Source: the human T2T-CHM13v2.0 reference genome, Homo sapiens
Reading direction: 5' to 3' (one strand)
NCBI RefSeq assembly: GCF_009914755.1
Contig: NC_060935.1
Length of the DNA stretch: 64,000 bases
Position 1 is the first letter of the stretch. Each line of letters opens with the position of its first letter. Below the pieces are notes generated by a model. It saw nothing but the letters and a program-made list of their open reading frames with translations. It was not told the DNA's origin and made no database searches. Below, piece by piece: positions 1-21,740 of this stretch. A program made the position numbers and the translations under genes.

Positions 1-256
1 ATACTATATGAGACAGGCACAATAAAATGTACCTTACATACAGACTCATTTAATTCTGTAAGAAAGAAATTTCACAGATAAAGAAACTGACCCTCAACAA
101 AGATAGCTTATCTAAAAGTCACAAAACTAATAAGTGATACCTGGTCACCTTAATACTGCCTGGAAGATAAAAATGTTTACTGTTTTTCTTCTAATATTTT
201 CATCTTTATAAAGTTTATCAGGTCTTTACATGACTCTAAAAAGAGAATTATCTTTA

Positions 257-502
<246 letters not shown>

Positions 503-728
503 CTATACTGTCAATACAGCAGGAGATTTTTGGCCTACTCAAGAGACAGAGACACTGGCTTGTCATGCTATTCGACTTAGATTATTCTAATTAATTTTTA
601 GGCAGTGGCCTTTTTATCATCAGTTCGTAAAACTAGATTATCAGAATTTTAGACCAGAGATCATAGTACTTTACAACTTTAAGGTAAAACCTAGTTTAAG
701 GAAATCCTGACATAAAAATCCACATTTA

Positions 729-1247
<519 letters not shown>

Positions 1248-1336
1248 TTAAGTTCCCCTCACTGAATTCAAAAAGAAGACAACATTCTGAATTCAATACA
1301 ATGAATGAAATAAACCATTTCACAGACTGGAACCTA

Positions 1337-1477
<141 letters not shown>

Positions 1478-1558
1478 CTATACACAAATGAATGAGTAAG
1501 GCTAATGAAATTTATATAGGATATGGGAACAAACAAATTAGAGAGGGTGCCTGTGTCA

Positions 1559-2310
<752 letters not shown>

Positions 2311-2391
2311 AAAATCATCAATTTCTTATGAACTCTTCCATGGATACTTTATTGTGCATAAAAGCAAATACATACATATTCTTCATTCCAG

Positions 2392-3281
<890 letters not shown>

Positions 3282-3305
3282 CTATATATGTTGTTATGTA
3301 CTCAC

Positions 3306-3363
3306 TGGGTTTGTTGCAGCAAGAGCTGTCTTCACATTGCTAATGAAAGCTTTGACATTCAAC
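3306..3363 (-). CDS. CKAP5: CKAP5 exon 19 (58 nt; LNVKAFISNVKTALAATNP; TOG3)
   Basis: CTAG acceptor, GTGAGT donor, restores phase 0. Confidence 0.98.
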
Positions 3364-3859
3364 CTAGAAGAAACATTTAGAATTAAAAGCAAACAAATGA
3401 AACCCTCAAAATACTCAATAAAGTTTTATAAAGCCAGACTCTAGGACTGGCTCCCTTTGGCAAAGTTCTCACTTTTTCTCTTCCTACACTAACTTTATTT
3501 TATTTTATTTATTTGAGACAGAGTCTTGCTCTGTCACCTAGGCTACAGTACAGTACATGATAGCTCACTGCAACCTCTGCCTCTCTGGTTCAAGCGATTC
3601 TCATGCCTCAGCCTCCTGAGTAGCTGAGATTACAGGTGTGTAACACCATGCCCAGCTAATTTTTTTTGTTTGTTTGTTTTTAGTAGAGACAGGGTTTCAC
3701 CATGTTGGCCAGGCTGGTCTCGCACTCCTTACCTCAAGTGATCTGCCTGCCTCAGCCTCCCAAAGTGCTGGGATTACAGGCATGAGCTACCACACCCAGC
3801 CTCCTACACTAACTTTAAAGTGAGCTTTAAATACTATCTATAGGCTGACAATCCTATTA

Positions 3860-5200
<1,341 letters not shown>

Positions 5201-6153
5201 AAAGATCATAACAAAAAAGAGGAAAATATATGGCTTTTATAAGTGACATGCCAAGAGATGTGTGTTATATCAAAGACTATACAATTAAGAGGAATTATAA
5301 CAATACCCTCAACTATGGGCGAACACCACAGATAATAACATAACAAACCGTTCTTTGTTATTTGAGTAACTTCTAGAGTAGTGTTTTTTCAATCAGTAGA
5401 ACTCAAAATACCCTTTTACAAGATATTAACAGGCATGTTGCAAAATGTAGCATGGCACAGAGAAAGGTAACATAGTATAGCAGCTACATCATTCTTTCTC
5501 CAAACCAGAATGCCTGGATTAAAATCTTGGTTTTGCCACTTTCCTAACTATGATGGGCCCAAATTACTTAAACTTTCTGTGCCTTAGTCCTCATCTATAA
5601 GATAGGGATAATATAATACCTCGCTTAGTTGTTATGATGATTAAATCAAATGAATTATGATTTAGAAAGTGCTTTTTAAAAGTACCTGGGATAAAGTAAA
5701 CTGTATAAAGTTTTGTTTTAAATAAACAACCGTGCTCTATAAGCAAATAAGTTTGGGAACAGTGGGTTAAACAAAGTTAAACAAGCTCTTCTATTGCAGG
5801 ATTTCTGACAGCAGTTAATTCGCCAAGGCATACTATAGGTCTTTAAACAAATGTAATTATATACAGAAATTTCCTAATGTATTTGACTAGAAATTCTTGG
5901 AACTGGATTTTCTGTGGGACAGCTATTAATGCTTAAGGAAAAATAACGTAGAGAACTCTTTCAGTGAACATCAAAAAGCAGGAACACAAGCCAATATAGA
6001 CCTTTGAGAACAAAGGTAATTTTCTTTTATATAAATGAGACAATCCAGCTCTCACTCTTCAGAAATAAACAGCAATAGCTATTATTATAAACAGCACGAC
6101 TTAGAGACTGACAGAACATTTAACTATTTTCCACTTGATTTCGTTCTGACTTA

Positions 6154-6279
<126 letters not shown>

Positions 6280-6607
6280 TTATCTCGTATTTCTTATAGA
6301 AATACAGCATGACATTAAGGCAGATGTGCATTAAACTAGTTTTCTGACGCTAAAACAACTGCAAGAATGCCTTAGGAACAAGAGTGAACCTACACAAGAA
6401 AATGAGGTGAAATGATAGTAGGACTAAAGGCATTCTGGACTATTTATAGCTTTGCAGCAATTACTCTGCATTATAATGTTTTTTTTTTTTTTTAGAGACA
6501 GGGTCTTGCTCTGTCACCCAGGAGTACAGTGGCACAATCATCAATCATTGCAGCCTCAAGCTCGTGGGCTTTCACCTTCTATAGAATTTTTTGTTTATTT
6601 GTTTTGA

Positions 6608-6880
<273 letters not shown>

Positions 6881-7340
6881 TGACCGAATATTTTTGACTA
6901 AGATGAATTTTCATCACTAGGCAATAGAGTATTTTTTAAGGTAAAAATAAAAATGCAGTATCAAAGGGCCGGGCATGGTGGCTCACACCTGTAATCCCAG
7001 CACTTTGGGAGGCCGAGGCAGGCAGATCACCTGAGGTCAGGAGTTCGAGACAAGCCTGGCCAACGTGGCGAAATCCTGTCTCTATTAAAATTCAAAAATT
7101 AGGCAGGCGTGGTGGCAGGTGCCTGTAATCCCAGCTATGCGGGAGGCTGAAGCAGGAGAATCACTTGAACCCGGGAGGGTTGCAGTGAGCCGAGATTGCA
7201 CCATTGCATTCCAGCCTGGGCGACAGAGTGAAACTCCATCTCAAAAAAAATGCAGTATCAAAAAAGATTTTACTTGAGAAGATAAAAACTAATGTTTAAT
7301 TAGTAAGCTTAAAGTTTGGGGGAAAAAATTGGGAAAACTA

Positions 7341-7607
<267 letters not shown>

Positions 7608-8227
7608 TTACTTGTATTAACAGCATGTAACAGATATGACATGGTTAGGGACAGCTGGAAACACAACTAAAGTAAAATCAGGATTTTAAACAAATATGCA
7701 AAATAATTTGTATCCTTTAATTGTTACCAATTACTTAACTGACAGTGAAGAGAGGGAAAAAAAGCTACTCAGTGTTCCAAAATACTAACAAGTAATATTG
7801 CACAGAAAGTTTATTAATTGAAAAATCTGATTTTTAAATTTTCCTCCTCTTATGATTATTTGCATTTAGTACTGAATACACACCCTAAAATACACAATAA
7901 ATTACTATACTGACTGCATAACTGAGAATTACTACTAGGGCTGCCTACAAAAACACTACAACCCTCTTATACACACATGCAACACAGAACTTCAGAGATT
8001 TTAGAGAACTTGTTGGCTTTTAAGTATAAGAATAAAAAGATCTGTGGAAAATAATTTAAAGATATTATTGTGATGGCAGACCTATGGGATTAAGGACCCC
8101 TTTGCTCATAAATATTTTTCTTTGTACTGTGTGAATATTTTAACTTTTTTTGTTACGCCACTAGAAATCCTATTATACAGATTAATTTAGGTGACAAATA
8201 CTCCCATTTATTTATGTATTTATTTGA

Positions 8228-8500
<273 letters not shown>

Positions 8501-8929
8501 TGAGCCACTGTGCCCAGCCACACAAACATCCTCTTTTAAAATGCAATTATCGCCTGGCTCATGCCTGTAATCCCAGCACTTTGGTAGGTTGAGGCGAGGG
8601 GAATGCTTGAGCCCAGGAGTTCAAGACCAGCCTGGTCAATATGGAGGGACCCCAGCTCTACAACAAGTACAAAAATTAGTTGGGTATGGTGGCCCTCGCC
8701 TGTAGTCTCAGCTACTTGGGAGGCTGAGGTGGGAGGATCACTTGAACCCAGGAGGCTGAAGCTGCAGAGAGACATGTTGACACCACTGCACTATCTAGCC
8801 TGGGCAAGAGAGTGAGACTTTGTCTCAAACCCCCAAAATTTGACATAGCAGGCATGTGAAAAAATAAAAATTTAAAAAATTAAAAAAAAAATTCCCAAAC
8901 CAAAAAACAAACCAAAGAAATGTAATTAT

Positions 8930-9850
8930 CTTGGGTGGGACTTCTGCAATTGTGGAGTCAATACCTCTGAAAAACTGATCTTCCTCAAAAGCAACAAAGA
9001 ACACTGGCAAAAACTATCCAAATCAACTTATCTCACAACTCTGAAAATTAAATAAGGCTTGTAACATACAAGAACCATTTAAAGAAAGGATGCTGAATTT
9101 TAGTAAGGACAGTGAGGTTTCTGGTGATTTAACTTGCCTTGCTCCCCTTTTCTTCCAGCTCCACAGTAGCCTTCAAAACCTGAAGTCTTGTAACCATGGC
9201 AACTATGAAAACCTAGAGCTGTGCAGCCACTGGCAGGTGGGGGGACAGCTCAGGTTTGGACCTCCTCAAAAAGTTTTGACCCAAAGTACTGTCTTGTCTG
9301 GCAGCTTCCTAGAAAAGCTCCATTTGAAAGTCCTGTTATTTGACTGGACTCTGGCTAGCTCAGTGGGAAAAGCCCTATCCCCAGGGATTTTGTTGAAAAC
9401 AACGAAAACAATGAGTGGCAACTGTTTAACATCTAACATCAGAACTGTGTAAGTCCATAATACCAGCTGGGGGAACCCAGCTTGGTCAAAAACATAAAAG
9501 GACCTAGGGAATAAGATATCCACAGAGGACTTTGAGAATCTAGAAGGTCATGCGAATATTCAAGGTTATGTGTATGCCCAGGAAAGACTGAAAAGGGCCC
9601 TAATCTCTGACTGACCTTCAAGACCTTGCTTAAAAAGTGAATTCCAGGGTAAAGCTGTAAAGTGCCTGAGTATCTCTGGCATGACCCAGCGCGCACACAC
9701 ACACAAACATACACACCTTCCCCCTTGGCAGAGGGTGGGAGACAGATCACATTGGTTCAAGGCATTTAAGAAAATCTCTCCAGTCATTAGCTGGTCATTA
9801 AGTTAACCAAGGAGAGAGTCTTTGGTGGCTGAAAATCAAAATCACAATGA
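8930..9850 (+). mobile_element. Old L1M 5'-region-like fragment
   Basis: Resembles recalled L1M 5'UTR consensus sequences (aactggcaaaaact..., tgactggactc...agctcagtgggaaaagccc). Subfamily not resolved. Confidence 0.5.
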
Positions 9851-10677
9851 GATTACACTTCATACTGTCTATGAATTTGAGAAAAAAATTAGCAAGGTGT
9901 AGTGATGCACGCCTGTGGTCCCGACTACTTGGGAGGCTGAAGTGGGAGGATCTCTGGAGCCTAAGGTGTCAACACTGCAGTGAGCCACGTTTGCACCACC
10001 ACACTCCAGCCTGGACAACTGAGTGAAGCCCTTTCTCAAAAAAAAAGAAGGTGGTGTGAGAGGAAGAGGGCACCTCAAGAATCTTTTAGAATATTTAGCC
10101 TTTGTGGAGCTGGCCTATACGAATAAGGTGCTATGTAACACAATGTAAGGGACACACAGTGTATGAGGGAGCTAAACATCCTAGACAGAAAACAAGAGGT
10201 GGCAGCAGAAGAGAAACCAAAAAGAGACTAGCAGGATGCCAATAATAAACCTGATACATTTCAAGTTTGTTTAGCATGAGGTCTATTGTATGTACATCTA
10301 GAAAAAGAGAAGGAAACTTTTTCTCATTTTCCTTCCTGCAGCACTTTCCTATACTTCCCTCTATACCCACCCCTTAGACTAATAACTTGGTACTGCTAAA
10401 TTTCAGCTCTATTATCAGTTAATGGGGCTATACAATTGATTATGTGGTAAATTTTCACTGGCAATTTAAGGACTGCACTTATTTTTTATCCTATCAAATA
10501 AAAAAGCTATCTCACTGTTTATTTCTCCCTTGAATATGTAAAGATTGGATAAGGAGGCTTCTAGGCCTAAAAATGAGAAGAAAAAAATGTATATATCTAA
10601 ATTATACAAATTATATATGGATGTATACATATTTACATATTTATACACATATAAATTCCTAATTATATAAAGTTATA

Positions 10678-11115
10678 CAGTTGACCCTTGAACAACATGG
10701 GTTTGAACTGCGAAGATCCACTTATGCATGAATTTTCTTCTGCCTCTGCCACTCCTGAAACAGCAAGACAAACCCCTTTTCTTACTCTTTCTCCTCCTTC
10801 AGCCTATTCAACATGAAGATGATGGGAATTGAAGACCTTTATGATGATCCACTGCCACTTAATAAATAGTAAATATGTTTTCTCTTCCTTAGGATTTTCT
10901 TAATCACATTTTCTCTCTAGCTTACTTTATTGTAAGAATACAATATACAATACATGTACCATTCAAAATATGTTAACTGACTATGTTATCAGTAGGGCTT
11001 CTGGCAACAGTAGGCTATTAGTAGTTAAGTTCTTGGGGAGTCCAGAGTTATATGTGAAGTTTCAACTGCACAAGGGGTAGTACCCCTAATCACCACATTG
11101 TTCAAGAGTCAACTG
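10678..11115 (+). mobile_element. Tigger2a/MER28-type MITE (TcMar-Tigger)
   Basis: Terminal inverted repeats cagttgacccttgaacaa...ttgttcaagagtcaactg, flanked by TA on both sides; about 438 bp. Confidence 0.88.
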
Positions 11116-11159
11116 TAGTTATGTGTTCAATCAAAATGCACACACCCCATTGTTCATTA

Positions 11160-11492
<333 letters not shown>

Positions 11493-11554
11493 TTACTCCA
11501 TAGGATGATGTAATGTAAATTACTTCAATAAAAGACATCAAATCTCACATTTTA

Positions 11555-11680
<126 letters not shown>

Positions 11681-12393
11681 TTAAGGGTTAAAGGTTACTT
11701 CCAAAGGAAGAGTAAATACCAAAGTCAAGTAAGTGGTTACCTCTGAAGAAAGGAGTGGAATAGAACTGAGGAGGGTTATTGAGGGAGCTTATATAGCTTC
11801 CGCTGTTATGCTTTATTTCTTTGTGTTTTTATGTCTATAATGCTTTATTTCTTAAGCTAGATGCTTGGTATATGGCTGTTAAATTAGTATCACTGAACGT
11901 TTATCTCACATTTCAGGAATTCACAAATAGTTTGCTCCATGCAAAATAATAGTTTTCATTTGCCTAGTGTGTGGCAGAAACTGCTTATATGTATTTTCTC
12001 TTCCTTGATTTTCCTAAAAACAGCAAAGCAGAATAGATTTGAAGTTCTAAAGTACCGAATATCAAAGATGCACAAACTCAGATCTAAACCCAATGGGCAG
12101 CAGACGCAGGACTAGACGGCTTCTGCCATAAGTGACAGTGCTCTTGCAGTGTTTCTCCTTACCGTTCCTCATTAGAATCACCCGGTATATGCCAAAATGA
12201 ACTGCCATGCTCCTTTACAACACAGGTTTTTGAGAGGTTTTCATACCAATGGATAATGTCCATTCTACCAAGGAATCATGATGATAAAGGGGAGAAAAAG
12301 TACTGGATGAGGGGTGGTTTAAGTAGAGTGACCTATTTGCCTAGGAAGTTTATGAGCAAGTACCATAGTTAAAAAATTAATCTAAGCTGGGCT

Positions 12394-12693
<300 letters not shown>

Positions 12694-12919
12694 CTAAGCC
12701 TTATAATTCAGAATAAGAATCTAATTTTCTTAAGTATTAAGTCATGAGCTTATAAAGGCCATAGAATACTGATGTTTAAAGATAGCAAACACTACACAGC
12801 TACAAGAAATAAAAAGTCCCACCTCATCTTTAATGCCATAAAACGTGTTCACCGGTTATAAAACACAGCAATTAGGACAAATCCTTCATTCATCAATTTC
12901 GCTGCTTCCATATAATCTA

Positions 12920-13147
<228 letters not shown>

Positions 13148-13304
13148 CTAAAAGAATACTCCCATAGGTATGCTATAGTTTCTGAGGCTTCTATTATACT
13201 TTGATAAAGGAGATTGTCCAAGGCAGTTTCAATAAGCTAAAAAATATCAATTAACTGTACGTTGTAGAACCCAGCAAAGAACTCCAGTCTTCTCATTGGT
13301 CTCA

Positions 13305-13463
<159 letters not shown>

Positions 13464-13693
13464 CTAAAAACAATTTAAAAAATAAAAATTAAACCACCTA
13501 AGGATTTAAAATAGTGGAGTTTTTTATTTTTATTTTTTTTGAGACAGTGTCTCATATTGTTGTCGAGCCTGGAATGCAGCTGCACAAGCTCAGCTTGCTA
13601 CAGGTTCAACCTCCTGGGCTCAAGGGATCTTCCTTCCCACCTCAGCCTACTGTGTAGCTGGGACCACAGGCGTGTGCTACCATGCCTGGCTAA

Positions 13694-13819
<126 letters not shown>

Positions 13820-14125
13820 TGAACCCGGCCTAAAACAGTGGTTTTTAAACTTTTATTGAGTCACACACTCCCTTAAAAATTTGATTAAAATGAGGGATTA
13901 CCCTAAAATAAACATTTTTTGTACCTACAAAATTTAGCAGTTTCAAGGTCAGACAGAAGCCCTGAAGACCACCCATGGGGTAATCTGTAGACCCCATATT
14001 AAAAACTTGAATTTAGAATTAATGAGATAAATGAAACAGAAGTGATGGCCTGAAATTATACTACATTTACAAATTAATTTGAGAATGACATCCTGATACC
14101 TTTATTTTTTTTACATTTATTTGGG

Positions 14126-14564
14126 TTTTTTTTTTTTTTGTTTTCTGAGACAGGGTCTTGCTCTGTCATCCAGACTGGAGTGCAGTGGCCTGATCACGGC
14201 TCACTATAGCCTTGACCTCCTGGGCTTAAGCGAGCCTCCCATCTCAAGCAGCCCTCCCATCTCAGCTTCCCAAGTAGCTGAGCACAGTAGTTCACACCTG
14301 TAATCCCAGCACTCTGGGAGGCTAAGGATCCCTTGAGCCCAGCAGTTTGAGACCAGCCTGGGCAGTATGGCAAAACCCCATCTCTACAAAAAATACAAAA
14401 AAATTAGCCAGGTGTGTTGGTGTATGCCTATAGTCTCAGCTACTTGGGAGGCTGAGGTGGGAGGGCTGCTTGAGCCCAGGAAGTTGAGTCTGCAGTGAGC
14501 CATGATCATGTCACTATACTCTGGCTTGGGTGGCAGAGTGAGACCCTGTCTCAAAATAAATAAA
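14126..14564. mobile_element. Minus-strand Alu right-arm fragment fused directly to a plus-strand AluJ
   Basis: The Alu orientation switches at agctg (14276-14280) with no spacer. Confidence 0.85.
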
Positions 14565-15148
14565 TTCATTCCACTCCAGTTTTCAAAAGTCCCAAGATAC
14601 AAAAGCAGAATATGTACGGGGGAAAAAGTCACAAGAAAGTAGTATATTACAATGTACACAGCAAATGATAACTGTATTATGGCAACACACATCACCATTC
14701 ACATTGTTCCTTGTACCTATTTTGGATATTTGTTATGAAATGCCCCAAACCTAAAAAGAAAAGATAAAATGAAAGGGGATCAAATTAGTCTTCAACATCC
14801 AGACCTGTTCTGAAACTAATGTTATCTTGAATATATTCCAATATTGTAAGTTGTATTTAGCAAAACTAAGGATACTAGTTTTTAACTAAATGGAAACCTG
14901 TAATACTTACCATGTCATATCGACAGTATGGTTTTGCTGGTTCACAGTAATAACCCCATAAAAGGATTTGCATTCTAACCCTAAAAATGGAAAATTCTGT
15001 ACTCTTTGATTAACTAGGATACCTCTTCTGGATCTTTCTCTGTAATAGCATTCTCTATATGGAGAGATACTTCAAATAACAAATCTCCTACTATTCTTTT
15101 TGTTGTTGTTAACAGACATCAATTTTTATTTATTAATTGACAGATTTA

Positions 15149-15601
<453 letters not shown>

Positions 15602-16643
15602 TTAAGATAATTCCTCATAATAAGAGAAGGTCAGCCAGCATGAACATGGAAGGGTTTAAAGAGGTAAGAGGCAAGTGGGTTACAGCAAGAAAATCTGGAC
15701 ACATCTTTTAAGGTTTTGGGTCCAGGTAATTGTCCAGAGAAACAGGAACTAGTGAGAAAGGAGAAAATAGCTGCCGATTTCCTGTTCTAGAATGCCAAGG
15801 AGACAGCATAATGTGAAAGAAAGTAGAGTCTGTAACTAGAGGTACTCAGGGTAAATCCCAGCTCTGCCACTCTACACATTCCACAAACAGATACCCGGTT
15901 TCTACTATACGCCAGAAACTATTCTATGCATGGAGGATCAAGCAGTGACAAGATCTCTATCCTTTAAAAGCTTACAATATGGTGTGGGGATACAGTAAAC
16001 AAAACAATCAAATCAACAATAAAAATATCAGAGCATGTGTAGGACACAAACTCCCTGAGTCTTAGTTTCATTTTTTGGAAAAACAAGGATAATGAATACC
16101 TACCTCAAGAGTTGTTACAGTGATTAAATGACATTATAAAGGCAAAGTGTTTCATAAAATGATGCTCACTAAATATCAGTTCTCTTCCCCTAACTCCATG
16201 CTGAGTGGTTCAAGATGGGGCTGGCGTGGGGAAGGAGAGTTAAACTTTTTGCATCTGCAGCAGATAACTCTCACTCTTAAGAGAGTCCACAGGACACATG
16301 CTCATTAAAAGAATGCCGTAATTGCCACTAGGCATTTGCCCCACTTCTACACTGTACAAAGGTGTAAACACCTGGACTGGCATGAAGACTCAGTGATGTG
16401 ATCCATCGGCATTATCAGTAAAATGACCAATTGGTATTATTAGTTATTAATGTTAAGTGTGTTGCCACATTTTATTTCATTATTTAATGATACTTTCTGA
16501 TCCTTTAAAATATACTCCTCCTGGCTGGGCGCAGTGGCTCATGCCTGTAATTCCAGCACTTTGAGGGGCTGAGGCAGGCGGATCAACTGAGGTCAGGAGT
16601 TCGAGACCAGCTTGGCCAACACGGCAAAACCCCATCTCTACTA

Positions 16644-17925
<1,282 letters not shown>

Positions 17926-18100
17926 ACAGACCAGGCACGGTGGCTCACGCCTGTAATCTCAGCACTTTGGGAGGTCAAGGCGGGTGGATCACCTGAGGTC
18001 AGGAGTTCAAGACCAACCTGGCCAACATGGCAAATCCCCATCTCTACTAAAAATACAAAAATTAGCCTGGCATGGTGGCACGTGCCTGTAATTCCAGCTA

Positions 18101-18244
<144 letters not shown>

Positions 18245-18449
18245 TTAAATTGACAAAACACACTTCTGTGCCTTCATCACCATTTTTATCTCTATTAAAG
18301 CTCCAAACAGCTGAATTTATTGCTGGAATATCCTATCTTCATTAACAGATTTTCTGCTGTATTTTTAATGTGGCCAATGAATTCATTTCTCAAACAAAAT
18401 AATTTTAGAGGAACAACCACGAACCTGAGACTCAGACCCTTCCTTACTA

Positions 18450-18713
<264 letters not shown>

Positions 18714-18827
18714 CTACGTTATTACATTTCTAAACCACAACTACACATAAGAATTCAGAGAAATGGCCAGGCAAGGTGGCTCACACCTATAATCCTAGCA
18801 CTTTGGAAGGCCGAGATGGGTGGATCA

Positions 18828-19073
<246 letters not shown>

Positions 19074-19687
19074 TCAGAGAAAAAATTTCCCTTTCAACAA
19101 AAAAGATAAATTATCTACACTTTTTTGGCAGTAGATAGACATACGTAAGATATTAATCTTACATTTTATTTCTTTACAAATTAGAATTGTAATAAACTTA
19201 AAATGACCACATTGTTTATGGAAGACATTCACATATAAGAAGGTAATTTTCTGGACCTTAGAAATAAATTTATCTCACAGAACTGTTTTCACCTTCTCTA
19301 CAGATTGGTCACTCAGCTTTTTTTCGGTTATAATTTGAAAGCTATTTCTACAATTATCACCATCATAGCCTGGAATGAAACTTAAATTCTCAAAAGCTAA
19401 GTTTTCAAACTCGGTCTGAACTATCAGTGGAGGATGAAATAAATTTCCTGAGGTGATATCAGCATTTTTTTCTTAATAAAACAACAGACAAAATTGAAGA
19501 CAAAAAGTACCAGAGAGCATCCTCCAAAACTTGTTTCAATTATGCATTTCTTTCCTACTATAAATGGCAATTTAAAAAAAATCAAGAACTCCTCATCAAA
19601 ACTACCAGTACTCTATAACTGTCAAGAGACAAAGCCATGATGCAAAGAGACAGGAATGTTGTCCAATTTCAGTCCAATCCATTACTA

Positions 19688-19822
<135 letters not shown>

Positions 19823-20648
19823 CTATAGTCCAGAAGTAAGCAAAATGATATTAATGCAAGGTATTTTAGGCATTACTCATTTTAATTCAGACTGATGGTT
19901 GCTAGATAAAGAATTTGCTTTTTACAATTTACTGGAACTAAGTATAGCTTTCCTTGTGCCAATTGACAGTTACTCTTTCAAAAATTCTTTTTGGGCCAGG
20001 CACAGTGGTTCATGCCTGTAATCCCAGCACTTTGGGAGGCCAAGTTCGAGACCAGTCTGGCAAACATGGTGAAACCCCATCTCTACTAAAATACAAAAAC
20101 TAGCCGGGCGTGGTGGCACATGCCTATAATCCCAGCTACTCAGGAGGCTGAGGCAGGAGAATTGCTTGAGCCTAGGAGGCAGAGGCTGCAGTGAGCCAAG
20201 ACTGTGTCACTGCACTCCAGCCTGGGCAACAGAGCTAAACTCCATCTCAAACAAAACAAAAACAACAACAACAACAAAAAAAAAAACAAAAATTTTTCGG
20301 GTTAAGGAAACCCTTGGTAATCCATTTAGCAAATAAGTATTTCCTTTTCCTCTTACCCTCTATCTAAAATAACTCACTCCCAAATGATCTTCAAATACTC
20401 CACATTTGATGCCTATGCTTGGCCAGATTCAGCTGAACACCAGTATATGGGACAAGTAAGAAACAACATGTTTAACAGTTAATGGAATCATAACACTAAC
20501 TTGTGCTTTCTTTCAAGAAGAGGAACACAGGAGAATTTGGATTCAGTTTCCAAGCTGCAAAGGCTCTGCTCCTCAAAAGATCATAACCTCTATAGTCTGA
20601 AAGTCAAGTAGTCACTGTACATAATTTGCAGGAAAAGAATCTTGCCTA

Positions 20649-20885
<237 letters not shown>

Positions 20886-20959
20886 TCAATTGTAAAGAAC
20901 AATCAAAATATTATATTTACAAACTTTACTTCAGATAAAACTACAAACTCATGCTGTCA

Positions 20960-21740
<781 letters not shown>

